Below, in pieces: positions 26,780 through 38,515 of a stretch of 64,000 nt of DNA. The notes beneath the pieces were generated by a model. It was not told where the DNA came from. It ran no database searches and saw only the letters and a list, made by a program, of their open reading frames with translations. Every line of letters starts with the position of its first letter. The stretch's first letter is position 1. Position numbers and translations under genes: made by a program. The DNA lies in the NCBI GenBank assembly GCA_977020255.1, contig CDROCS010001661.1:1-64000 (forward strand), given 5' to 3'. Source of the DNA: Obrimoposthia wandeli. Taxonomy: Eukaryota.

Positions 26780-27800
26780 AGAAACTCACGATTTGTTCAA
26801 AAGGTTCTCTTGAAGAGTAATTAATACATAGAAAGATAAGTAGCGGTTCAGAGGAGACATTAACGATACTTTTAGGAGGTATCAAAAATATAGCCTAGAT
26901 TGGATTATGAAGTGAAATTGATGTGATTTATTTAAGAGATTTAGGAATAGAATTTAGGAAGTTTATTACATAGAAGAGGAAATTTACGAGGTATTTAGAA
27001 GGTTATAGAAGAAGTATTAATGCATAGAATGGTTAGAAAAGACAAATTGAAAAAGTGTTCAAGAGGTTTCAGAAGATATATTATAGATTTGAAGGGTTTA
27101 GAAAAGATTTAGCAGGAATGTTTAGGAGGTATCAGAAAATATAGCCGTAAAAGGTCTTTAGAGAAGTATTTAAAAGGAGTATTTAGGAAGTTTCAGAAAA
27201 AAGAAATTAAAATTGGTTCATAGGGTTTAAAGGAGGATTTCAAGAGGAAATTAGACGAATTTAGAGGGAGATTTAAAGGGATATTTAGATGGTTCAGAAA
27301 AGAAATTAAAGCCTAAAGGGTTCAAAGGAGAATTTAACCGAGGAGTTCAGAAGAGAAAATATAACCTTAAAGAAGATAAAAGGAGGATTTAACGGATATT
27401 TTAAGAGGTTTCAGAAGAGGAAATATAACTTAAATTGGTTCAGAGGAGAATTCATATGGGGAGGTTTCAAAAGAAATTAAAGGAATTTAGAGGGAGATTT
27501 AACAGGGAGTTCAAGAGGTTTCAGAAGAAGAAATTAGATGAATTTAGAGGGAAATTTAACGGTGAGTTCAGGAGGTTTCAGAAGAAATTAGATGAATTTA
27601 GAGGGAAATTTAACGATGATGTTTAGATGGTTCAGATTAATGCTTTGAAGGGTTTAAAAGAGATGTTTTGATAAATATAGCCTAGATAGCTAGATTGAAT
27701 GAAAATAAAAGCGATGTATATAAGGTTAGTAGGATTCAGAAGAAAAAATATAGGATATATTCGACTTTGAAAGGAAATTAAATGTGAGTTAGAAGATATT
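26780..27800 (+). repeat. Degenerate 54-60-bp purine-rich minisatellite with coding periodicity
   Basis: The unit gaatttagagggaaatttaacggtgagttcaggaggtttcagaagaaattagat translates to EFRGKFNGEFRRFQKKLD. Confidence 0.85.
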
Positions 27801-29414
27801 TAGGTGGTTTAGAAGGGAAATAAGACTTCTGTTCTAAAACTGTAGTGAAATCGTATTTTATCAAATTTCCGGTCATTTAAGATTATGATATAAGCGATCA
27901 TATTGAATTTCAGCTTTATACTGCTTCAAAGTGAGTTATACCAAAAATTAATCATAAGTATTTTACTCATATTTCGGTCATAACGAAGACAATTTTTACA
28001 AAAGCAGAGATATTATTCAAACTTTTACCATCTTCTTATAAATTTTTCGCATATATTTTGGAAATAGATGTTAGTGTTAGAGTATTAGAATATTAGAACT
28101 AGAGTATTAGAAGTTAGAGGTTTAGGTTAGATATTGAGTAATAACGATTAGTGGACATATTCCCAATTATTGATTTTAAAGTTGAAAATAATCAATGATG
28201 TTGTAAATAGCTGCTTATAAGCCAATAGGTATTAAGGAAAACTTAAAGAAACAACTTCTGAGTATTGATAAAGTCATCATATTTTTATAAAAAATCAGGT
28301 AAAATATTTATGATTACTATTAATAGTTTTGGTTCATATAAATGGATTCTATCTTCATTAGACATTAAAAATACTTTTAATCAATTAAATTAAGATATTG
28401 AAAGAAAATTAACGATGTCATTAATACATAGTAAATAAGTGATATTCAAAAAGAGTTTTATCGAAGTCATCAATATTATCGTTCCAAAGCCAATATTTAA
28501 GCATTTCATCTATTCCTTCTACATTCCTTCAATTAAAATCAAAGCTAGGTATGATATTTTTTAAAGATAATGTTTGAAGTATTTTATTGAAATTTAGATG
28601 CAATAATGAAGAATAGTGTTAAAGAATTGACATTAGGATGAATTAGAGGTTATATCTGAAAGGGATAATCAACTTCTTGTTTGATATATGTGAGGAATTT
28701 TATGAATTATACCTTGTTTGTTTGACATATATAATCAACATCTTGTTAGATATTTTTAAAAATTAGGGTTGATAATAGAGGTTTATGGGAAGGAAAGTTA
28801 TTGAGAATTATAGGAAAATTTATAATTATGTTTTAAAAGTTGGACTTGTGATTTATGAGGAAATTATACCCGGATTGTTATATATGAGAAGAGATAGTAA
28901 TTAAAACGTATGCAATATTCAAGAATATAAATGATTAATTACTATTTATATATGTTTCAAAAGGAAAAATATTGAAAATTTCTAAGAGTATTAGTGAGAA
29001 TGAATCAAATAGTTACAGAGACATATCTATCCATTACTTTTCAATCCATATCAATTTCATCCATCGTTTCAAATTCATGGATCATCTGATTCAATCAATA
29101 ACTTCAAACATAACAGAGAAATCTCTAGAAGATGCTTCGTGATCATAAATAGTCTTAACCCAAGATCTCAAAGAAAGTTATACCGAAATTATATAGATTT
29201 AACTAATATCCAAAGACTACTTCCAAAGTCAATATTCAAGCATCTTATCTACATTCAATTTATATATGTTAATGATTAAAAATACGTATTTGATTAAACA
29301 AAGTTGTATTAAGCGCTGCAATACTGCGTTTAGCTTTAACAAGATTCCATGCAAAATTATTCTTTAAATCTATATTAAAAATATTAGTATTAAGATAGTG
29401 TTTATAAGACAAAG

Positions 29415-29708
29415 TTACTTAAAATATTTAATTTCAATATATCCACCAACAAACAATAAAAAACTCTTCTCCCAGAAAAAGCTCCTCTTCTTTTCTTTCA
29501 TCTCTTCTTTCATCTCTTCTTTCTTCTTATTATAGCCCAGAATGAGAAGATTGACTGCCTTATTGTGAATTATTCTTCGTACATGCTCCTCCAGAGGTAG
29601 ATCCGTTGCTTCGATGAGTCTCAGAACATTTTCTTCTATAAGATTTTTCGAGATGAAACTCTTCACTGCCCGATCAACATCATGCTTGAAATAATTGCGA
29701 GTAGGCAT
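29415..29708 (-). CDS. Hypothetical 97-aa protein
   Basis: Intact ATG-to-TAA ORF, visibly GC-richer than its flanks, lying between two 79-bp direct repeats. Confidence 0.5.
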   Translation of the reverse strand: MPTRNYFKHDVDRAVKSFISKNLIEENVLRLIEATDLPLEEHVRRIIHNKAVNLLILGYNKKKEEMKEEMKEKKRSFFWEKSFLLFVGGYIEIKYFK

Positions 29709-30050
29709 GATAATGAAGTAGGAGTGAAAAGTAAACTGTTTATATACTATACAACTAAAATCTGATTAGATGATAGGAGAATCATAAGAAATACAATTTG
29801 TATGATAATGATTAAAATTACGTATTTGATTAAGCAAAGTTGCCTTAGGTGTAGCAATACTATGTTTAGCTTTAACAAGATTCCAGTCAGTTTTAACACT
29901 CATTGAAAGAGATAAAAATGCAATAACAATACAAACAGCATGTAAACCTCCATAATGACCACATACTAGAACTTTCCCACCATTTTGGTGGTTTCTTAAA
30001 TTATATTATTAGTCTGTTTCTCCTAATTTCATATTTACATAAATTGATTT

Positions 30051-30419
30051 TTACTTTAATTCCTTATAAGATATCTTATCTGCTGGAGATGTATTGATTA
30101 CATGTGTGAATTTCGATTTTAGAAGCTCAGTTTCATCAAACCCGTCATGATAATTTTCAATATTTAATGGATTTACTAAAATCTCGCTCATTGGGGTTTT
30201 GTTTAATTTTTCCACACTAAGTTGGTTAAATCTAGCTCTAAACAAACTATCAAAAAAGGTGGGACATATATGACATTTCCATACTGGGAGCATTAGCTAT
30301 TACGGGTTCTATAAAAGTTAGAGCATTTAAGAAATCCAATCGCTTATTTTCTTCTTTATCGGTTTCTTCAATAATTTCTTCATTTTTCTCTGCTGATGAT
30401 GGTTCACCGAGTTTCTCCA
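30051..30419 (-). pseudogene. Hypothetical protein with one frameshift (MEKLGEPSS...)
   Basis: ATG frame MEKLGEPSSAEKNEEIIEE...MSYMSHLF joins FDSLFRARFNQLSVEKL... across a T6 homopolymer. Confidence 0.4.
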
Positions 30420-30534
30420 TTTTATTGACAAATTTAAAGCTATAAGAGTATAGTTTATAATTCAGAAAACAAGGGAAAATATATTTTTAGTAACATTACA
30501 ACTTTTTGCATCTTTTTGCAAGTAATGTCTTTGT

Positions 30535-31026
30535 TTAGGAAAGAATACAAGTTTGAAGATGTTTATTAAATAAAATACATTCAACATGATATTCATATTC
30601 TAGGGTCTTAACCCCAAGTATCATCACCTTCCCGCTCGCAAAAATGTTCACGCATAGAGGATTGTATTTGATATAACGTAGCCCTGGAAAAATTATGGTT
30701 CGTAAACTGCTTCCATTCTCATACTCTTGCTCATCTTACTCAGGTTTATTGGTTTTTCTAAGTACTGACACTGATTGAATTCTCTCGATTTTGATATTGA
30801 ACGGAAGAGTGCTTTCATCTAGCACAGCTTTACACCCCATGATTCGACATGTTCCAAAATTATATTAAAACTTAAATGTAAAATATATTACCAGATTTGT
30901 ACCAGATAGTATAACTATCACACTTGTGTCGGTACTGATGTGGCTTCGAAATGGTAAGTGTTGAATATTGCTTACAACCATTCCCTTGTAATTAATATTC
31001 ACAAATTTGATATTATGAAGTAACAT
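30535..31026 (-). pseudogene. Divergent second TBP-like gene with a 37-nt intron
   Basis: MLLHNIKFVNINYKG...WYKSG|TCRIMGCK...IQSVSV..LEKPINL..YEP*.FPGLRYIKYNPLCVNIFASGKVMILGVK. The intron is 30855-30891 (GT...TG); frameshifts are present. Confidence 0.85.
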
Positions 31027-31141
31027 TTCTGGTTATTATAAACTGATTATTATAAACTAATTCTTATATATTATTTGAAAATCTATTTTTAGATTACAAA
31101 TTATCTCTATAAACAATATTCCGATATTGATTTTTATTGAA

Positions 31142-31330
31142 ATGGATAATCAAGATAGAGCAAGCACATATATTGGTTCTGGTAGTAATTTATATGCTAA
31201 TATGGATTATAATAGAAATAATCATAGAGAAAATATTTATCCAGTAACTGAAACAATAACAAGACCCACGCGCGTAACCGAAGAACGTGAGCCCTTCAAG
31301 GATATGACTAATACGAAGCGATTTACATAA
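31142..31330 (+). CDS. Small hypothetical ORF divergent from the TBP-like gene
   Basis: ATG-initiated 62-aa frame MDNQDRASTYIGSGSNLY..., head-to-head with the TBP-like start at 31026. Confidence 0.3.
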   Translation: MDNQDRASTYIGSGSNLYANMDYNRNNHRENIYPVTETITRPTRVTEEREPFKDMTNTKRFT

Positions 31331-34266
31331 ACAACATTATCAATCAATTGGAATCGGACTTCAAAGGATAAACAATTGAATAAGATCACTAAATAACTTT
31401 TCTCGAAGAATTCTCCTCTGTAAACACCTTGTTAAATTCCATCTCTGAACATGTATAAATCAGTACATAATATATATTTCTCTACATATTTTAAAATGTA
31501 TATTTAAAAATGTATTGATTATTTTAATTAATTGTGATAATGAAGATGAATGAATAGAGATTGTGATAATGAAGGTTGAAGATGAGTGATTGCTTTGATG
31601 AGATGAAGATGGATCGAAGTAATGAAGATGGATCGAAGTAATGAAGATTATGATATTGTGAAGAGATGATGATGTAACAATGAATGTATCTTTAATAAAA
31701 ATTATTCTTTGCTATCTCTATTTACTATTTTAACTCATAGGTTTAAAAATGTGTAATAAATACCTTAAGATTACAAAAAAACGTTTTTTACTCACAAATA
31801 AAAGTAGAATCAATTATACAAAATAAGTCATCACTTCTCACTACTTCTACAAGTTGTTCTTTATTTTTAGCTTGTTGAACATTTTTTACTTCTAGTAGTA
31901 CTGGGTGATTTTTGATTTTATCGTTTAGTCCATATAGAAACTGATGTAGTAGTAAGCATTCTCTTAAAGATTATATAAAATCATAATTGATTATCTGATC
32001 ATGATATTGCCGTAGTATAAGTTTCTTTTGAAAATAACCAATATGGTTCACTTTATTTTCTTAAAGCTCTTAAATATACCGTAATTCTTCTACTTATTAT
32101 TACTTAACCTCAATGGTGATTTAATTGAAGTATCTAATGACTGTGTACAACTTGATGAGTAGAAGAAAAAATAAGAAAAACTTGAATATGACTTACTATA
32201 TCGAAATAATAGTAAAATATTGATAATTTAAATACAACTTTCAATAATCACCATATGTCTTTCAAGGTTTTATATAGAACTTTAAAGCTTACGATAACTG
32301 TTATAATATTGATGAATTATATGCAATATTATTACTTTGGTATCAGTTTCTTAAGAAAATTATCAATTACATGTGATATAAAATCATCTTTTAATATACC
32401 TGTTTTGATTGTAAATTTGATATAAGATTCTTTGACATGAGGTATTTTCATCAGGTTTGTGCATAATATTGATACAATACATACATTATTGATCATTTCG
32501 GTATAACTATCTTTGAAAATAATTAATAATATATGAGGTTATGTAAAGATTTCGTCATGCAATACATGTTATTATCGTGATGATTTGTATGCAGTCCTTT
32601 TAGAGTTGCTTGAGGAGAAAATAACCCATCTCGCTTCTAAAACTTTCTTAATATTCCGTCATACATCACAATATCTGATTAATTCCTCAACTTTTTTGGG
32701 GTATATTTTCTCTTCTGAAATCTCCTAAATACTTCGTAATATCTTCTTCTACTTTGCATTGCTTCATGAAATGCTACATTATAAATATCAATGATGATTC
32801 AAGGCTGGCTGATGAAATGAATGTAGATAAGATGATTGAATATTGACTTTGGAAGTAGTCTTTGGATATTAGTTAAATCTATATAATTTCGGTATAACTT
32901 TCTTTGAGATCTTGGGTTAAGACTATTTATGATCACGAAGCATCTTCTAGAGATTTCTCTGTTATGTTTGAAGTTATTGATTGAATCAGATGATCCATGA
33001 ATTTGAAACGATGGATGAAATTGATATGGATTGAAAAGTAATGGATAGATATGTCTCTGTAACTATTTGATTCATTCTCACTAATACTCTTAGAAATTTT
33101 CAATATTTTTCCTTTTGAAACATATATAAATAGTAATTAATCATTTATATTCTTGAATATTGCATACGTTTTAATTACTATCTCTTCTCATATATAACAA
33201 TCCGGGTATAATTTCCTCATAAATCACAAGTCCAACTTTTAAAACATAATTATAAATTTTCCTATAATTCTCAATAACTTTCCTTCCCATAAACCTCTAT
33301 TATCAACCCTAATTTTTTTAAATATCAAACAACATGTTGATTATATATGTCAAACAAACCAGGTATAATTCATAAATTTCCTCACATATATCAAACAAGA
33401 TGTTGATTATCCCTTTCAGATATAACCTCTAATTCATCCTAATGTCAATTCTTTAACACTATTCTTCATTATTGCATCTAAATTTCAATAAAATACTTCA
33501 AACATTATCTTTAAAAAATATCATACCTAGCTTTGATTTTAATTGAAGGAATGTAGAAGGAATAGATGAAATGCTTAAATATTGGCTTTGGAACGATAAA
33601 ATTGATGACTTCGATAAAGCTCTTTTTGAAAATCACTTATTTACTATGTATTAATGAAATCGTTAATTTTCTTTCAATGTCTTAATATTAATTGATTAAA
33701 AGTATTTTTAATGTCTAATGAAGATAGAATCCATTTATATGAACCAAAACTATTAATAGTAATCATAAAGATTTTACCTGATTTTTTATAAAAATATGAT
33801 GACTTTATCAATACTCAGAAGTTGTTTCTTTAAGTTTTCCTTAATACCTATTGACTTATAAGCAGCTATTTACAACATCATTGATTATTTTCAACTTTAA
33901 AATCAATAATTGGGAATATGTCCACTAATCGTTATTACTCAATATCTAACCTAAACCTCTAACTTCTAATACTCTAGTTCTAATATTCTAATACTCTAAC
34001 ACTAACATCTATTACCAAAATATATGCGAAAAATTTATAAGAAGATGGTAAAAGTTTGAATAATATCTCTGCTTTTGTAAAAATTGTCTTCGTTATGACC
34101 GAAATATGAGTAAAATACTTATGATTAATTTTTGGTATAACTCACTTTGAAGCAGTATAAAGCTGAAATTCAATATGATCGCTTATATCATAATCTTAAA
34201 TGACCGGAAATTTGATAAAATACGATTTCACTACAGTTTTAGAACAGTAGTCTTATTTCCCTTCTA

Positions 34267-35300
34267 AACCACCTAAATATCTTCTAAATCACATTAAATT
34301 TCCTTTCAAAGTTGAATATATCCTATATTTTTTCTTCTGAATCTTATATACATCGCTTTTATTTTCATTCAATCTAGCTATCTAGGCTATATTTATCAAA
34401 ACATCTCTTTTAACCCCTTCAAAGCTTTGATCTGAACCATCTAAACATCATCGTTAAATTTTCCTCTAAATTCATCTAATTTCTTCTGAAACCTCCTGAA
34501 CTCACCGTTAAATTTCCCTCTAAATTCATCTAATTTCTTCTTCTGAAACCTCTTGAACTCCCTGTTAAATCTCCCTCTAAATTCCTTTAATTTCTTTTGA
34601 AACCTCCCCATATAAATTCTCCTCTGAACCAATTTAAGTTATATTTCCTCTTCTGAAACCTCTTAAAATATCCGTTAAATCCTCCTTTAATCTTCTTTAA
34701 GGTTATATTTTCTCTTCTGAACTCCTCGGTTAAATTCTCCTTTGAACCCTTTAGGCTTTAATTTCTTTTCTGAACCATCTAAATATCCCTTTAAATCTCC
34801 CTCTAAATCCGTCTAATTTCCTCTTGAAATCCTCCTTTAAACCCTTTAATTTCCCCTATGAACCAATTTTAATTTATTTTTTCTGAAACTTCTTAAATAC
34901 TCCTTTTAAATACTTCTCTAAAGACCTTTTACGGCTATATTTTCTGATACCTCCTAAACATTCCTGCTAAATCTTTTCTAAACCCTTCAAATCTATAATA
35001 TATCTTCTGAAACCTCTTGAACACTTTTTCAATTTGTCTTTTCTAACCATTCTATGCATTAATATTTCTTCTATAACCTTCTAAATACCTCGTAAATTTC
35101 CTCTTCTATGTAATAAACTTCCTAAATTCTATTCCTAAATCTCTTAAATAAATCACATCAATTTCACTTCATAATCCAATCTAGGCTATATTTTTGATAC
35201 CTCCTAAAAGTATCGTTAATGTCTCCTCTGAACCGCTACTTATCTTTCTATGTATTAATTACTCTTCTAGAGAACCTTTTGAACAAATCGTGAGTTTCTC
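34267..35300 (-). repeat. Inverted copy of the FRRFQK minisatellite
   Basis: ORF 34441-34632 is nearly identical to 27435-27626. Confidence 0.85.
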
Positions 35301-36149
35301 TTCTAAAACTATATCCATTATTTTCTATTCTTAAACCTTATAAACACCCATGTCATATCTCATCTAAATGTAACAAATCTCATGCATCTTCTTTATTTCT
35401 CTTATAGAACCTTTTATGTATAATGTCTTTACTAGACCGATTTATTTGAAGTAATAAATCGACTGGTTGTTGAGGTTTGAAAATAAGTTTCCATAATATT
35501 GATAACATCAATAAGCTTGTAGAGTTTTGCAAGAATTTTCTTGTTTGATATATCGATCAATGAAAAATTATTTTTTTAGAATATAGTTATCAATAGACTC
35601 AAGTAATATGAATAAATTATGACTGAGATAAATACATACTCTAAACATTATTGAATAAATTATATCAATAAATGATACTTGAAAATAATTTTAAGTTTAA
35701 ATGAATCGAAAGAGAGAATATAATTTAATCCATTTCTAGTCCTGATGTAATAATTTCTAAACAAAATGTTCCAATATAGTATTGATATCCGATGTTTACT
35801 AGTGATAATTAAATTAATTATTTATTACATAGATTAATTTCCTTAAATAAGCTAATCTTCAAACAATATTCTTTGAAACTAATCATTTTTTAGTTACAAA
35901 ACTTTTACAGATTATTTTACAAATAATAACTTTTGCAAAAGAAAGTAGAGAACATTTTTGATTTAATGAATCATTTTGAAATTTAATAAAATTCTTAGTT
36001 AAAGATGCAGATTAATAATATACTCTTGATCGTAAATTGACTAATTGATCAAAGTAATCTCTCTAATTATCCGTATAATTGTCCGTAATAAACTCTCACT
36101 TATTGATCATTATATACTCTCTTCAAATTATATCTTTATTACACGGAGG

Positions 36150-37063
36150 AATCCTTTAAATATGTTGAAGAGAAATCCAATTAGTGCATCTACCATATAA
36201 GAAACCATGTAAACTTTATTGACGCGTTGGCACATAAGAATCGTCAGGAAATACAACTTATTTATTCTGAAAGTAATTTTCTCCTTAAACTAAAATCAAA
36301 GAAAATTATAGAAATATGGCTAAATTCATTGAAAAATGATCAATTATTTGCATTATAATTTGCATTATTCTAAAAATCCTTGGTAAATTTATCTTCTAAT
36401 CTATAAATTGAGTGAAAATCGATCTTTCTAATTCGAAATTTACATTATTCAGAAAAATTATACAGTAAATTCATTTGTCAAATAAAATCCTTATAAATGA
36501 TCTAAGATTCAACTTTGCATCTTAATTTACATGATTCTGAAATATACACGATAAAATGCATTCTAAAATCGAACTTTTTATATCCAAATTACAATTTTGT
36601 TCTAAAGTGTCATAATGTAGACGTGCAAGCTACACTGTTGTCTGCAATGATTTTAGATGGATTATTAGACACATTAAAATTTTCTATAAACCATCCTTTA
36701 GCCAATACTGCGATATGCAAGTTTAAGGATGAGAGTAAGCAATGTAGATATAAGCAATGGGTATTTTTACGCTCCAAATCATATAGCTTAGAAACTATAG
36801 ACGGAAAGTCCCATATGAGAGCAATGGGAATTAGCCTTAAGCAGACTGTGCTACGCCATGCGAATTATTTAGCTGCATATGAGAGTGGGGTTAGTGAACG
36901 AGTGCGACAACAACGCATTAGTTCAATTAATAACCAGCTCTATACCGTAAATATGAGTAAGATCGCATTGAGTAGCAATGACGAGGAGAGAAAATGGGTA
37001 GAGAAAAACCGGTCAGTTGTCTATGGACATCATAGATATATAGATTATTTTTCACTTGAATAA
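36150..37063 (+). pseudogene. Polinton protein-primed DNA polymerase B, C-terminal fragment
   Basis: DSEIYTIK (degenerate DTDS.IY), HPL...KFKDE, FLRSKSYS, RAMGIS (KAKGV), KIALSSNDEER (KVALSP.DDKR) and YGHHR, in the order found in Polinton PolB. Confidence 0.88.
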
Positions 37064-37572
37064 TTGTTTTTGTATGTTTGAATTTGTATGTCACAAATTT
37101 ATTGTACCTAATTTTCTCTTTGGTTTAATAAATATTGGTCTTTTTCTAAGTTTAAAATTTTAAAGTATAAAAGTTCTATGTAAAATTATTTTTTTAAACT
37201 ATAAAAATTGTTGTAAAAAATTATGTTGGAAATTTTATTTTTAAACTATAAAAATTGTGTAAACAATTTTATTTAATTTTTAAATTTTTTTGTTTAAAAG
37301 CCATTTTTTTTGGTTAAAAACCATGTTGAAAATTTTTAATGTTGCGCAAAAAAATTGCATCTTATTCAAATAATTTTTGTAATGTTTGTTCGTGCCTAAA
37401 GATCAAGAATGAAGCCCGCCCTGAAGGTTCGGGTGGTGTATGTTAGGGTCTTGGGTATGACACGGGTCGTTTACATGTTGTGAGAGGTAAAGTGATACTG
37501 AAGCGCATGTTTTTGTAGTTATTTTCGCGAGAATGGAGCACGCCCTGAAGGGGCGGGCGGTGGGTGGATGTT

Positions 37573-37784
37573 NNNNNNNNNNNNNNNNNNNNNNNNNNNN
37601 NNNNNNNNNNNNNNNNNNNNNNNNNNNNNNNNNNNNNNNNNNNNNNNNNNNNNNNNNNNNNNNNNNNNNNNNNNNNNNNNNNNNNNNNNNNNNNNNNNNN
37701 NNNNNNNNNNNNNNNNNNNNNNNNNNNNNNNNNNNNNNNNNNNNNNNNNNNNNNNNNNNNNNNNNNNNNNNNNNNNNNNNNNNN
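37573..37784. other. Assembly gap (N run)
   Basis: 212 Ns. Confidence 1.
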
Positions 37785-37922
37785 GTACATCGCAGGGCTA
37801 GTCTGTGACCTATATGAGAGCGAGATATCCGTACATCGCAGGGCTAGTCTGTGACCTATATGAGAGCAAGATATCCGTACATCGCAGGGCTAGTCTGTGA
37901 CCTATATGAGAGCGAGATATCC
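37785..37922. repeat. 46-bp tandem repeat, three copies, abutting the gap
   Basis: gtacatcgcagggctagtctgtgacctatatgagagcgagatatcc x3, with one substitution in unit 2 and no spacers. Confidence 0.95.
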
Positions 37923-37933
37923 GAGGAGTTTCC

Positions 37934-38078
37934 CCCCCCTTGTCTTTTAAAACCGTGCATGTGTGTGGAGTGAAATTTCATTCCACACACCTACACAAAA
38001 TTTCACTCCACACACATGCACGGTTTTAAAGGACAAGGGGGGAGGGGGTGTGGATTAGACCGGACACATACACCTACT
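37934..38078 (-). repeat. Putative Polinton right terminus with hairpin
   Basis: Arms 37934-37978 and 37998-38042 (one mismatch). It ends ...CACCTACT at 38078 and lies downstream of the PolB 3' end. Confidence 0.8.
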
Positions 38079-38119
38079 CATCATAATTTACCTTATCACT
38101 GAATCTGTCTAAAATTTGA

Positions 38120-38515
38120 GGGCTATCGTGCGATTCGCTGATTATTCAAGCTCCAGCTCCTGTTCCAGTTGCAGCCTTTCAACCTGTTTACGGTCCTGAT
38201 ATTGGTCCTTCTCTCCACTCTCCCGAATCCGCTGCTGCCTCATCCACACAAATAACTAACAATGAGTGGATGAACTTCCTCTCCCAAGAAGATTTTGAGG
38301 ACTTGAACATTGACTGGATGGAAAATATCACCCAGTCAGATTTCGAGAGGGAGCAGCCTCAATGGAGCAACAACAGCTGGTTGGGGGACATCTAGGGATC
38401 TGATTTCGTTGAATTAACAGACGACATCTGGATGAATTCTGTCAATTAAGAAGACTTCCAATCAGATACAGTTGGATTGCCTTCATCAAGTTTTATTTTA
38501 TTACGATTTTTTTGA
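38120..38515 (+). pseudogene. Acidic repeat ORF remnant
   Basis: IIQAPAPVPVAAFQPVYGP...EWMNFLSQEDFE-DWMENITQSDFE-SWLGDI*GSDFV-IWMNSVN*EDFQ. Confidence 0.45.

Larger units (their letters stand above)
24603..29257. repeat. Left arm of giant inverted duplication (partner 32819-39250)
   Basis: 24603-25919 is the reverse complement of 37934-39250, and 25995-29257 is the reverse complement of 32819-36075. Confidence 0.92.

Noticed and set aside
37785-37922. CRISPR-like array
   Set aside because: The units are contiguous with no spacers, there are no cas genes, and the context is eukaryotic.
37934-38042. Parvovirus-style flip/flop isomers of the hairpin loop
   Set aside because: Relative to the unique terminal sequence, both hairpins have the loop in the same orientation; the apparent reversal only reflects the arm inversion.
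25775-38078. A complete 12.3-kb TIR-bounded Polinton (AG...CT ends)
   Set aside because: The flanks are inverted copies of each other for another 1.17 kb and there is no direct TSD. The interior lacks integrase, protease and capsid motifs. It is better explained as one end duplicated in inversion.
38350-38460. Alternative genetic code (TAA/TAG=Gln or TGA=Trp)
   Set aside because: Other in-frame stops sit at Leu, Glu or Tyr positions (ATPase DD*Y, TBP-like S*NLG). Intact ORFs use CAA/CAG and TGG and end in TGA or TAA. Ordinary point mutation suffices.
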